This document shows, piece after piece, positions 21,822-32,671 of a stretch of 64,000 nucleotides of DNA (its first letter is position 1; every line of letters begins with the position of its first letter). The notes beneath the pieces were generated by a model that was given only the letters and a program-made list of their open reading frames with translations, did not search any database and had not been told where the DNA came from. This DNA is from Methanotrichaceae archaeon (GTDB lineage: Archaea > Halobacteriota > Methanosarcinia > Methanotrichales > Methanotrichaceae): positions 64,001 through 128,000 of the forward strand of contig CAWDLW010000008.1 of the NCBI GenBank assembly GCA_963803145.1, written 5' to 3'. A program made the position numbers and the translations under genes.

Positions 21822-22040
21822 ATGGGCAGGAGCTTCGAGAGCGTGAGGATGGCCGTGAAAGAGGTCTCGGCAAGGTGGCTGAAAGGCATCCAAGGCGCTG
21901 AAAAAGGAAGACCCGATCTACGGCTGAGATGTCCAAGAAGCATTCAAGCCAGGCATTTTATTGCCTTGATGATCCTCTAGAGCGGCGGTGTTTTCGGGGA
22001 TGGTGGCGATAGGCGAAGGGATTGGCATCGAAATAGCGCC
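21822..22040 (+). pseudogene. Frameshifted small helical protein, resembles the family found beside PolB2
   Basis: Pieces in different frames: MGRSFESVRMAVKEVSARWLK / ASKALKKED / AEMSKKHSSQAFYCLDDPLE / AVFS. Confidence 0.55.
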
Positions 22041-22449
22041 TCCTAATGGTCTGTTTCGCCCCTTCGCCGCATGTAGCTTCATCGTATTGCTTTCTGTTGT
22101 ACATGTTGTAACATCGAATTAATTTGTATATTTTAAAGTGGGATAAAGAACCAAAGGAAACTACTTGCATAAATGATATACTGGCATTTCCGTCAAGTAT
22201 TCTATCTTTGAAGTTCAGTTTATGATAATTAATTCCTATGAAAGCAATTTTGATTGATATGATTATTTTGCATTAGAATTACAAACAACGGTACTTAATT
22301 CCAGTATTAACTATGTCTACTAAATTCGATTTCGCAACGTTTTATTAGAGATAAATACAAACCTATTGTAAATACAAACTTATTGTAACATTCCCGAAAG
22401 GGCTTGTCCTCCTTGAGGGATGTTGGGGAAAGCTATTCGGAGGCAAGTT

Positions 22450-23268
22450 ATGAATGATTGTATAGCAATACTCATCGTTGGCTCTTTGCTGCTGGTTTCC
22501 GCAGCTGCTGCAACGGGCAGTAACAACCAGATATCTGTTGATATCCATCAAGAGGCAGAAGGAAATTGCATCACTGGGGATGTCTATATTGCCCAGGAGA
22601 CTTATGCGATTGCTAATGTTCAGGGAAACAACAATTATGTCATCCAGCATATAGATGCATATGCCAATGATAATGACTTAACAGGCATAAACAACCCTGC
22701 CGGCATGACTCAAATCTGCAGCATTATAGGCAATATAACTGGTAATGACAACCATCTTGAGCAAAACATTGAAGTAAACTTAATAAATAATAGTATAGTC
22801 GAGAGCAACCTATCTCAGAGTGCAACTCAAATAGCTGAAATTGTCGGCTCCAATAATAGTGTTTATCAGACGACTTCTGTTGATTCATATGATAATCGTC
22901 TCACTCTGAGCAATTTAAGTCAGTTCTCATTCCTTGGAGCTTCCAGCTCAGTTGGCAGCGATAATTGGTTGGATCAACGAGTAAGCCAAAGCACGAATCA
23001 TAGCAGCTTAGTCATGTCAAAATCATGGCAGGTTGCAAGAGGCAGTGCAAACCTCTTCGGCAGCAAAAATAACGTAGATCAGCAGGCTACTATCAGTTCG
23101 GATGATGCTAGACTGACTTATGCCCTAGAATACCAGGAGATCCTCGAGAATGCAAATATTCTTGGGAGTGGCAATTCCTTAACACATGATCTAGCTTTGA
23201 ATGGATCGAACAACGATATAGTTGCAGCTTCACTTATACAGAAGGCAAATATGACAACGAATCTCTAA
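22450..23268 (+). CDS. Secreted N/Q/S-rich repeat protein (curlin-like beta-solenoid candidate)
   Basis: Signal peptide; seven ~35 aa repeats starting G(S/N)xN. Confidence 0.75.
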   Translation: MNDCIAILIVGSLLLVSAAAATGSNNQISVDIHQEAEGNCITGDVYIAQETYAIANVQGNNNYVIQHIDAYANDNDLTGINNPAGMTQICSIIGNITGNDNHLEQNIEVNLINNSIVESNLSQSATQIAEIVGSNNSVYQTTSVDSYDNRLTLSNLSQFSFLGASSSVGSDNWLDQRVSQSTNHSSLVMSKSWQVARGSANLFGSKNNVDQQATISSDDARLTYALEYQEILENANILGSGNSLTHDLALNGSNNDIVAASLIQKANMTTNL

Positions 23269-23983
23269 GCGCACGCTGCTATATCTAAAGGAAGGGTCAT
23301 AACTCCAATCCTTCCTTATTATATTAATTCGGAAGATTAATATGGAAAGGACAATTTGCTTCTCTTTTTAGGGACCTGTCTACATAAGGGTTATGTTGCA
23401 TATAGGGGTGTTGTAGCAAAAGTGGTGGTTAAAGGGTAGCGATTTTCACTGTCACCACCACCTAATGCAACAGTAAAGCGATCTCTATTGAAATGGCAAA
23501 GGAACGAAAGGCAGATGCTCCTAAATAATAGAGCCTGGCAAAGCGGAAGGTTAATGAGCTTAGAAGACTTCTTGAACATGAAAAGTTGGTGATTGTTATT
23601 GAGAACGGGTTAATATTGAAGAAGTTTATAGAGCAGCCAAAGCCGGTATTTAGAAAATCGATTACATTCGATGTATGGCAAGATGGCTTGATTAATGGAC
23701 GAAGGCGTGCAAGTCGCGCGCGGTAGATTAGAAGTCTTATAAAGTTAATGCTTTGATAGATAACGGTTCCTGTTATCAGCATTTAAATAAAAACATGTGT
23801 AGTAGTTACGCAGTTGAGCATGTGGAGGATAATTATCTTCAGAATAATGACCCAGATGAAGGCAATTATTCTGATTCAAGCTCATAATTATCTACTTTGC
23901 TTCCATAGCTCAACAATGTGAAATTCAACTATATTTAAAAAAGATATGGCTTTATCAATAAGAGCTGATGATAAGGAAAACTC

Positions 23984-24406
23984 ATGAGTCAGAAACAAGT
24001 AAGAGTTGGGGTTGGGGTGTTAGTATGGAAAGAGGGTAAAATTGCACTGATAAAGCGTGAAGGTAATTATGGTTCAGGTACATGGGCGCCACCTGGAGGT
24101 CATATTGAGTTGGGGGAATTTGCCCTTGAGGCAGCGATCCGCGAAACGATGGAAGAAATCGGAGTAAAAATAAAAAACATAGACATCCTGGGGTTCACTG
24201 AAGATCTTTCCGCTATCTATGATACTCATTATATTACTATCTGGACGAGGGCTGACTGGGCATCAGGTGAATTAAAAGAAACAGATTTGGAATTTACCGA
24301 AAGCGGTTTCTTTGATATTAATAATATGCCTAAACCATTATTTATCTCATTTAAGAATCTAGTAGATGGCAAATTACTGCCAAAGAAAGTACGACTTGTT
24401 CCATGA
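23984..24406 (+). CDS. Nudix hydrolase (NUDT15-like)
   Basis: RVGVGV, PGGH.E.GE...AA.RETMEEIG Nudix box, HYIT. Confidence 0.9.
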   Translation: MSQKQVRVGVGVLVWKEGKIALIKREGNYGSGTWAPPGGHIELGEFALEAAIRETMEEIGVKIKNIDILGFTEDLSAIYDTHYITIWTRADWASGELKETDLEFTESGFFDINNMPKPLFISFKNLVDGKLLPKKVRLVP

Positions 24407-24694
24407 GCATGTTCTAAAACCCATCTAACATCCACTAACATCGCGCCTTATAGAAAGCGAGGTATTACTCCGGCTCCAGGCGTTGAGATAAGCTTCATAG
24501 TACACTTTTTTATATACCTTACCCGTACCTGTCTACATTAAAATCTCTGATAGTGGAATCGAGAGGCAAAAAGTGTTCCATTTATCGATTATGGATTAAT
24601 TAGAAAAAGCAAAACTGGAGTTGACTATAGTCAAGGTCACACCCAGCTTTGAGTAAATAGTTTTGCCATTACCATTACTGGTTGCATTGCCTGA

Positions 24695-25273
24695 TTATTT
24701 TACATCTATCTGTAATACATCATTGAATGTTGTGGATTTACCTTGGGCAGATGCTACTAGAGTTGTATTATAGAATCCCGTCGCAATGGGAGCAGTCCAG
24801 GTCCCGATATATTCTCCTCCAGGCGTTTGATCTAGAGTCACATTGTTAACTTCGACGCCAGCGGAGTTTCTGATGATCGCATACGTGGTCATATTCGCCA
24901 TATCTCCAAGGGTCGCGGTAATCTTAACAGGGCTTCCAGGATTTGTCGGGTTGGGACTCGCACCTATATTATTAAGACTGGCGCCAAGCTCTGGCTTTTG
25001 CGCGGCACTGTTAGTCGTATCCGATTTGCTAGCATCCCCATTTTGGGCTGCACCGTTATTGAACTGTGAGTTCGTCGACCTAGCAGCTTGAGCACTAAAG
25101 ATCTGAGTAGCTCCCTGCTGAGCTGCGGGATTTCCTATCTCATCCAACTTCTGCATAGGATCCCAGTTCTCTTCGGCGCCGCAGGCTGTACACCCTGCAC
25201 TCGCTATGGCTGCAAGGCCTCCTAAGGCCACTATAATGCAAACTAAAGCCAGAATGAGTATCGATTTTGACAT
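24695..25273 (-). CDS. Secreted protein with N-terminal CxxC and C-terminal Ig-like beta domain
   Basis: Signal peptide, GCTACG, low-complexity linker, beta-rich C-terminus. Confidence 0.7.
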   Translation of the reverse strand: MSKSILILALVCIIVALGGLAAIASAGCTACGAEENWDPMQKLDEIGNPAAQQGATQIFSAQAARSTNSQFNNGAAQNGDASKSDTTNSAAQKPELGASLNNIGASPNPTNPGSPVKITATLGDMANMTTYAIIRNSAGVEVNNVTLDQTPGGEYIGTWTAPIATGFYNTTLVASAQGKSTTFNDVLQIDVK

Positions 25274-25485
25274 AATAATATCTCCTTTAGCACTTCATTG
25301 GACAATGACGAGCGCATTCTATAACGAGGCCGCCTCTGCCATCACCCACAGAAATCGGCATCCTATATATATAATCCTGTGACTGGGATGTTATGACTAC
25401 GGCTCTAGTCGATACAGCCGGAATAGCCCCGACTTAAAGATGTGTGGATGGCCTAAAGCCATCTTTCGTTCCCATTGGGTTTAGC

Positions 25486-25908
25486 CTAAAGCATATTGTT
25501 GTCGAAAATTGTGGAAGCAAGAGTTGATTGTCTCGCATCTTGTGTACCTGTGCCTCCCAATTTCACCGCAATGTTATCCGATGTCTTGTTTTCTAGATTA
25601 TCCATTACATTGTAGGTTGCAGTGTTGTTCAAACTAACATTACCTTTATTGGTTTGATTAAGGGATGAGTTTGTTGATTGAACTTCCGGCGGGATTGATA
25701 GCGTGGATAAAGGAGTTTGACCGAGATTTTCTCTGGCAAAATCATCGAATGTATCCATGTTCGGATTGAAAGATGGGTCGCCCAAGAAGTCATAAGAAGT
25801 ACCACCACTACTGATTGCGCAAGATCCTGAGCAACTCGCGTGACTCAGGCAAATAAAAGCAGGTGCAATAGTAAGAAGCAAAATCGCATGCTTAATACCA
25901 ATTTCCAT
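25486..25908 (-). CDS. Secreted hypothetical protein with N-terminal CxxxC
   Basis: Signal peptide then SCSGSC; N/T/S-rich. Confidence 0.65.
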   Translation of the reverse strand: MEIGIKHAILLLTIAPAFICLSHASCSGSCAISSGGTSYDFLGDPSFNPNMDTFDDFARENLGQTPLSTLSIPPEVQSTNSSLNQTNKGNVSLNNTATYNVMDNLENKTSDNIAVKLGGTGTQDARQSTLASTIFDNNML

Positions 25909-26172
25909 AAGAGTTCCATTTAGGGTCTGCAGTTAAAAGCTCTTCGATAGAGTTCGCCTACAGAACTAGGAGTCTCTCGTATTCTCTTGATTAACCTTAT
26001 CTACAACATGCAAGTAGCAAGCCGTGGTAGATAGGTTCATATAGCGCATTAGTTTTCTATGATCAGAAATCAGAAGGCAGATGATAGATATGGCTCTTAT
26101 ATTAGCTATTTTACATAAATGAAAAACTTCACTTATTAAAGAGGCATATCTGTGTCTATTATATAACCATTA

Positions 26173-27570
26173 CTGTACTCTCCAAGTTTCTCACCAATTT
26201 ATAATCTCCATTCTATATCAAGTCATATCTTATATCCCTGTTCTTTGATTAGATAGAGTAAACCACTATCAGGAACTGGCAAATTAAAGTATTGTAATAC
26301 ATATATAAAGGCATCAATGAATGCTTGAGCCTTTATACTATCTATCATATCTCCAATCGTTCTATTTTGTTGATTTCTTTCCACTGGTGGGTTTTTGAGT
26401 TCATATAAAACGATAGCTGTCCAGACTGAGAAAACCATCTGAATAAATCTTTCAATTGATCGTTTTCCTCTTAATTGATAATCCTTGAATCCCAATTTTT
26501 GATTTGACTCTCTATGAGCAGTCTCAATATCCCACCTATCCTCATAAATAGAAAGGATTTCTACCAAAGATAGTGAACAATTGGTGCTAATAAAGTAGTT
26601 GGCGTCACCATTTTTCTTTTTCTTTGAGATGACTAGCTTTACTTTGCCAATCTTATCTAAGATGACTTCTTTTTCGATTGCATAATATACCTTCTTCTTG
26701 CCGCGAACTTGGACTGTAGTTCTTCTATAATAAATTTCGTCAATCTGATTTGCCAAGTCCCTGACCTGAAAGGACATATCCTTATTTATCCATACCTTTT
26801 TATCAGACTTAATTTCACAAACGACTTGATGACCTAAGTTCAGGCATTTAGTTATAAAATCAGCAGAAAACCACCAGCTGTCGAAAACAACATAAAGACT
26901 CAAGCCTTTTGGTATTTTTAAGGGCTCGATGATATCTTTATAAGCGATTTCTATTTTAGTCATGAAATCTTCACTGCTGTCTATCTCTTTAGTATACATT
27001 TTTGCTTTATGTGGTATAAATATACCTCTAGATTGGAGGACTGAGGTAACAAAGTTGTTACCCATAATATAGTCATCTTTGCAATGATCGTAAAACTTGC
27101 CCACGCCATCAGTACATTTCCCTTCCTTTTCATTATATGTATCGTCTATAATTAATAATATTTTGTCGCTTGCACTTAACTGAAGAGCTTCTATAAATAG
27201 ATCCGCACTGCGCTGAGCTACTTCGTTCTCATCCCAGATTGCATCACTAAAGAACCAATTATAGGAAGAGCGTGATTTCGTACATTCTCGATCCTTTGCC
27301 ATAGCATCACTAAGGTGTGCGATGGTCTTAGATTTATCACATACGCTCAGTGCTGAAATCATATCACAGAAAGAATTATAGCTCGGTATGGTGAATAAAT
27401 CTTTAAATTCTTTTAGAAATGGCTCTAACTGTAATGGAATCTTAACTAATTTGATCATGACATAGTAAAATACTTTTATAAATAAATCTATTTTGTATCA
27501 AGAATTAATTTTAATGGTAAAAGAAAATATAGCTATAAATATAAAGCTATGAAAAAGTTGGAGAGTACAG
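26173..27570 (-). mobile_element. Complete IS701/IS4-like insertion sequence
   Basis: TIR CTGTACTCTCCAA at both ends; TAACCATTA repeated at 26164-26172 and 27571-27579. Confidence 0.93.
26223..27458 (-). CDS. DDE transposase (IS701-like)
   Basis: IIDDT, FDSWW, YEDRWDIETAHR..QKLG. Confidence 0.92.
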   Translation of the reverse strand: MIKLVKIPLQLEPFLKEFKDLFTIPSYNSFCDMISALSVCDKSKTIAHLSDAMAKDRECTKSRSSYNWFFSDAIWDENEVAQRSADLFIEALQLSASDKILLIIDDTYNEKEGKCTDGVGKFYDHCKDDYIMGNNFVTSVLQSRGIFIPHKAKMYTKEIDSSEDFMTKIEIAYKDIIEPLKIPKGLSLYVVFDSWWFSADFITKCLNLGHQVVCEIKSDKKVWINKDMSFQVRDLANQIDEIYYRRTTVQVRGKKKVYYAIEKEVILDKIGKVKLVISKKKKNGDANYFISTNCSLSLVEILSIYEDRWDIETAHRESNQKLGFKDYQLRGKRSIERFIQMVFSVWTAIVLYELKNPPVERNQQNRTIGDMIDSIKAQAFIDAFIYVLQYFNLPVPDSGLLYLIKEQGYKI

Positions 27571-27740
27571 TAACCATTAAATCGAATATCATACCGCTTA
27601 GCTTAGGGAGGCTGGCTCTATCTCGCTTTAATATTCCTGATTATAGGCAAGAATCAAGTTATGTTCTCTGAAGCTCAATAAATCACCATCTTAAAATTCT
27701 GGCATAAGATATTTACCCGTTGGAAACCTACAGTATTGCT

Positions 27741-28172
27741 ATGATTTATTCAAAAATTACGTTTGCTATTCTTCTGGTGATATCTTTATCATTATCAGCA
27801 TCTATTGCGTCAGCTGTCATCGATAATGGCACTGTACAGTATTATGCAGATATCCATAACAGCATGATCAATAATGCTCCCCAGTTCGTCAAAAACCTTG
27901 CAGGCAATGCGACGATAGATTTGAACGTCACAATGAACAATGGGAGCATATACCATACGGGGTTTGAGATGAAAAACGCCCAGGTCAACAAGATTATTGG
28001 GGGCGGGGTCAGCGATCCCCTCGTTTCAATCAATGCCACTGAAGATGCCGTAAATAAAATCACGAGCTCAAATGATCCCCTAAGCGCTTTCATGCAGGAA
28101 ATGAGTAACGGTGGCATAGCCATTCAAATGCATGATCCTCACAGTGAAGGCAAAGGCTGTCCTTTTCTTTGA
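27741..28172 (+). CDS. Secreted hypothetical protein
   Basis: Signal peptide from ATG 27741. Confidence 0.65.
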   Translation: MIYSKITFAILLVISLSLSASIASAVIDNGTVQYYADIHNSMINNAPQFVKNLAGNATIDLNVTMNNGSIYHTGFEMKNAQVNKIIGGGVSDPLVSINATEDAVNKITSSNDPLSAFMQEMSNGGIAIQMHDPHSEGKGCPFL

Positions 28173-28367
28173 CTACCTGGTTATCCTCCCTTTCGATCAA
28201 CCATCAATAGTAGGATGCCAATAATTGGGAAGTAGACCCAGCGAAAGTGGCTTCGAAATTTGATGCTGAGTACTGTGGGAGGCTCATGCAGAAAGCTTGG
28301 TTGGATGTTGCGTTTGTATTCAGAAGAAAGAGATAAATTATTTGTGTTAATATGATTATGGGGTATT

Positions 28368-29093
28368 ATGGCAACCAAAAAGAAAGAAATGAGAATTAAG
28401 ATAATCAAAGATGGCCCATATCGGGTTACAGGCGGATTGCCACTATATGAACAGGTAATTGTTACCGATGAAGCAGGCCACACCCGTGAATTAATTGATA
28501 AAAAAGAATACCCACGCCAGGAGACCTATATCTTGTGCCGTTGTGGTGCATCTAAGAACAAGCCTTTCTGTGATGGGACCCACCGGGAGATCGGTTTTAA
28601 TGGTAGTGAAGCAGCCAGTAGGAAGCCCTACTTGGAAAAAGCGGAGACATTTGAAGGCCCCGATCTAAAACTAACCGATGTCCCCGAGTTCTGTGATCAT
28701 TCCCGTTTTTGTCTCCGGTCTGGTGGCATAAGGAATCTCATACAAAAATCAGGCAATCAAGAAGCCAGGCAAACCGCCATTGAAGAGGCTATGATCTGCC
28801 CCTCAGGACGGCTGGTACTTTGGGATAAGAATACTGGCAAACCTTTTGAGAAGGAATTTGAACCATCTCTTGTGCTGGTGCACGATAAACAAAAAGGTTG
28901 TGAAGGCCCCCTCTGGGTTCGGGGCGGTGTTCTCATTGAATCAGCAGATGGCAGCATGTATGAACCCCGCAACAGGGTAACCCTCTGTCGCTGCGGAAAG
29001 TCAGATAATAAGCCCTACTGTGATGGTAGCCATTGGATGAATAGCCAAGAGAAGCTCGAGTTCAGGAAGAAATGGGGACTGGCCGAGATTTGA
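28368..29093 (+). CDS. CDGSH iron-sulfur protein (two CDGSH domains around a divergent 4Fe-4S domain)
   Basis: LCRCG.SKNKPFCDGTH and LCRCGKSDNKPYCDGSH; C.HSRFC..CPSGRL. Confidence 0.92.
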   Translation: MATKKKEMRIKIIKDGPYRVTGGLPLYEQVIVTDEAGHTRELIDKKEYPRQETYILCRCGASKNKPFCDGTHREIGFNGSEAASRKPYLEKAETFEGPDLKLTDVPEFCDHSRFCLRSGGIRNLIQKSGNQEARQTAIEEAMICPSGRLVLWDKNTGKPFEKEFEPSLVLVHDKQKGCEGPLWVRGGVLIESADGSMYEPRNRVTLCRCGKSDNKPYCDGSHWMNSQEKLEFRKKWGLAEI

Positions 29094-29327
29094 ACCATTG
29101 AGCTCAGCAAGATGATGGGCCGGCATAGGATCAAGGTCCAATTGAAGATTGCTATCCATATATCATAGCTAAAACCAGCAAGCGCTTCTGTAGTTATCAC
29201 CTACTATTAATACGAATAGGCGATTAGAATAGGTACCCTTTATCCTTTTGTCTAATTTGTGAATTCAAAATAGGAATAATCGTCTATATGGTCTAATGGG
29301 GCCATAGCAGTTTTCATGGTGAGGACG

Positions 29328-29565
29328 ATGAGATATCTGAACTTGGCCCTAATAGCAAGCTTAATAATGCTGTCTTTGAGCGCAGCCTCAGCGGCCAGCG
29401 ATGATATCTCGGATCTCAAGAAACTAATCTCAGCCAGCAATGATCCCAAGATGAGCATCCAGGACCTGGGCATTCTTCCTTGCCACCCATAATTACGATG
29501 TTAGGCCGTTGGAGAACTATGTGGGGCTTAGGCTTAATTGCCAGGTCTACAAATTAATTCTTTAG
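29328..29565 (+). pseudogene. Frameshifted small secreted protein, copy 1 (LAFFLATHNYD family)
   Basis: MRYLNLALIASLIMLSL..QDL, then AFFLATHNYDV in another frame. Confidence 0.7.
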
Positions 29566-29613
29566 CGAGACCCTCTGGGACCTTTATACCCACACCCTCA
29601 GGGATAAAAGATA

Positions 29614-29877
29614 TCATGTAAATTTATTACGAGTCATAGGCCACCTTAACGTTGCAGCAAAATCGCTGTAAGGTCTTCCGATTGCAGCCAGGTAAAGGAA
29701 TATTCCTGCCCACGCCCATACGGCAAAGGCAAACAAGATTGGTATTATCAGGAAGAATGCAAGCATCAGGAATAATCCGATAAGGAGAAGTAGGATGGCT
29801 ATGAAGACATATTTCAGACGGGTAAGGCTGCTGATTTTATTATACATATGACTCCTATAATGGCTAATTGATCTCAT
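29614..29877 (-). CDS. Small two-TM membrane protein
   Basis: Long hydrophobic stretch. Confidence 0.5.
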   Translation of the reverse strand: MRSISHYRSHMYNKISSLTRLKYVFIAILLLLIGLFLMLAFFLIIPILFAFAVWAWAGIFLYLAAIGRPYSDFAATLRWPMTRNKFT

Positions 29878-30189
29878 TTGCTCTGATATAAACCATAGCC
29901 TACCATCAAGGGGAAACCTTGATTGAACTTTATTCTTTTATTCCTTTCCAACTGTCTTAGCACGATAAAATATGGATTGCATTGATTATTTCTACTCCTG
30001 TTATTTAGATCAGCCGAATTAATAGATAGTGTGGCGTAATAGATCTCTGCTTAATAGAAGCGATTCTGAGTGACAGTGCTAAAATAATATTTTCTTGTGT
30101 TTAGACTCCACTAATATCGTTTTATACAGAAGTGTATAGTGCAAGTGTCTATTAATAATAGGACTGCGTTGTATAAGATGGAGATTATA

Positions 30190-30597
30190 ATGAGAATTAG
30201 AGTTGTAAGCGGAAGAAATGAGATACCAAATCTCAACCCCAATGAAAAAGTGATCCATCTGGCCTTCAGGGCATCTAACGTAGATTTCCTCAACCTAATG
30301 CAGAGATGTCCAAGGCTTCGAGCAATACAGACACCGTCATCCTACACAAAGACCATGTCCAACGCCATTGGTGTATTTCTAGAGATGCAAGGCGTTCAAC
30401 TTCTTGAGGGCGATGTTTGGGGCCACAGAAAGGATCTTGATGAGTACTTCACAGTTGAGGACGCGACGATGGAAGAGATTCGTACCCTTGCGGCCAGCGG
30501 TGTAAGCGCCGATGATGTTGCAGCCCAGGTCAAAAAAAATGCCCGGATTGGCTCTGATCTGATCAAGTACATAGCCAATACCAAGGTAACTGCCTGA
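30190..30597 (+). CDS. DUF1699-family protein
   Basis: MRIRVVS..EI..LNPNE..HLAFR.SN.D, LLEGDVWGHRKD. Confidence 0.85.
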   Translation: MRIRVVSGRNEIPNLNPNEKVIHLAFRASNVDFLNLMQRCPRLRAIQTPSSYTKTMSNAIGVFLEMQGVQLLEGDVWGHRKDLDEYFTVEDATMEEIRTLAASGVSADDVAAQVKKNARIGSDLIKYIANTKVTA

Positions 30598-30975
30598 GCC
30601 AGACTTCGAACTGGCTCATTTTGCCATCATCCATTGATGGTATTCTTATGATTATTATCAGAGTTCTTTAAAGTGCAATTTAAACCTTTTCAAAGAGCAT
30701 TGAGCCTTATATGCTAGCTATTTTAGAATTAGTATCACCCTTTATATAAGACTCAGCCATTTGAAAATGCATGGCCTTAATTGAGAAATCACATCACCAT
30801 ATAAACTACCGTCATAAAATTCTGAATAGAGGTATCCTTGGTACGAAAATGATGGCTAGGATGTGTTATATGTGCTCAAAGCATTTGGTTAGTCTATAAG
30901 GGATAAGATTATAGCATGGATGTGAAATGCACAAAGTATTATCTGATGTATATCGGATGCACTAAGGTGGCAGAT

Positions 30976-31899
30976 ATGAAAAAATGGCTGGAGCTAATAG
31001 CGGTAATCTTGTTGTTGAGTTCGGCGGTTCTTGTAATGCAGTCGGCTCTGGCAAAAGAGACTTCCACATCCATGACAAATACTTCACTACACACATCAAT
31101 CAATAAGACAGGACTCGTTTCATTTGTTGAATCCGCTATGACCTATGTGCAAAGGGACGGCAAAGACAAAGCCCTCAAGGAGTTTAGCAATAAGACAGGC
31201 TCATTTGTCCACGGAGACCTCTATATCTACGCCTATGACTTCAATGGAACTTGCATTGCACATCCATTTAAATCCGATTGGATCGGCAAAAATAAGATGG
31301 ACGTGACTGACTCCAATGGCGTGCCAATGCTCAAGAACATGATTGATATTGCCAAGGGGGGAAAAGGTTATGGTTACTTCATCTTTCCGAATCCAGCTCA
31401 TGGTAACAGGAATGAGTTCAAGGTTGCTTACGTAATGAAAGTGGATGACAACTGGTTCCTAGGATCTGGAATCTATTTATCCAATATGTCAGCTAACTTT
31501 AGCCAGACAGCCAGGAGCAATCTAACCAGCTTCGTTGATTCTGCTGTCAAATATGCTAACGAGAACGGGAAAGACAGAGCTCTGAGAGAATTCAATGATA
31601 AGAACGGCGCATTCTTCAAGGGAGATCTATATGTGTTCGCCTATGACATTAATGGCAATACCCTTGCACTCCCAACTCAGCCGAATCTAATAGGCACTAA
31701 TAGAATTAATATAACGGATCCCAATGGCGTTAAAATCGTTCGAAATATGGTGGATCAGGCCAAAGCCAAAGAGGGAAGCGGATTCACATATTACATCTAT
31801 CCAGATCCGGCAGAGAATATGACGGATAGGCTCAAGCTAAGTTATATCGAGAAGGTGGACGATAGCTGGTGGCTGGGTGCAGGCCTATATGCCCAATGA
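30976..31899 (+). CDS. Secreted protein with two tandem Cache domains
   Basis: Signal peptide; two copies of GKDxALxEF..F.xGDLY.(Y/F)AYD..G..D.NG..KVDD.W.LG.G.Y. Confidence 0.88.
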   Translation: MKKWLELIAVILLLSSAVLVMQSALAKETSTSMTNTSLHTSINKTGLVSFVESAMTYVQRDGKDKALKEFSNKTGSFVHGDLYIYAYDFNGTCIAHPFKSDWIGKNKMDVTDSNGVPMLKNMIDIAKGGKGYGYFIFPNPAHGNRNEFKVAYVMKVDDNWFLGSGIYLSNMSANFSQTARSNLTSFVDSAVKYANENGKDRALREFNDKNGAFFKGDLYVFAYDINGNTLALPTQPNLIGTNRINITDPNGVKIVRNMVDQAKAKEGSGFTYYIYPDPAENMTDRLKLSYIEKVDDSWWLGAGLYAQ

Positions 31900-32036
31900 A
31901 TAATATCTAAAGCAGATAGATATGGGCGTTGTACTGCTACCTTTTTTATTGTAATTCTATGAAGGCTCTCGCGCCTGGCTTTAAGTCTCCGAAGGGGTAG
32001 AAGTAGAGATGGCGATGTGCAGATACGACTTATCTT

Positions 32037-32240
32037 TTATGGTCCGAATAATCCATGTAACTCACTAGATTTTGTAGATTCTCCGTCACGCCAGTAAAAG
32101 CCCAGAGGATAGCCAGTGCCATTCACCTTGATACTGATAGTTCCTATGCCAAGACCTGTGCTTCCTTCGGGCCTGGTATCATTTGCATGTGGGCTCACAG
32201 TAGAATCAATGATTGGTATCAACACCTCATCAGTCCGCAC
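32037..32240 (-). pseudogene. Probable C-terminal fragment of a larger gene
   Basis: Protein-like IIDST.SPHANDTR..G.TGLG.G segment without a convincing start. Confidence 0.4.
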
Positions 32241-32671
32241 CGAATTTACCGAGAGCCTTTGCCGAACTCAGGTAATGGACAGAATTCATTGCAAGGAGAA
32301 ATACAAAAAATAAAGCGATCTTTTTTCGCATCGATTGATACCCGTTGGATATAGCGCAATACTATTTAAAAAGTTTATCATGACTTATGGCCTGCAACCT
32401 TCTGACTGGATGAATAGCCAATGGCCAATAGCCAATAGTCAATGGCAGAAGATTTGAGAGCGTAATAATGGATGTGCGTGAAGGATGTCTCGGCTGGACT
32501 CAGTTCTGTCGCTTTCATAAGATTATCAATGTGGCTATGACCATTCTTATTCAGGGCCTTACAAACGGTATATGCTTTCATCAATCTAGATTCAACCCTT
32601 GATTCAACCATAATAATTGAAATCCACAATTTTGTACCAAAATGCGGCAATGTAAACTCTTTTGATACCAG

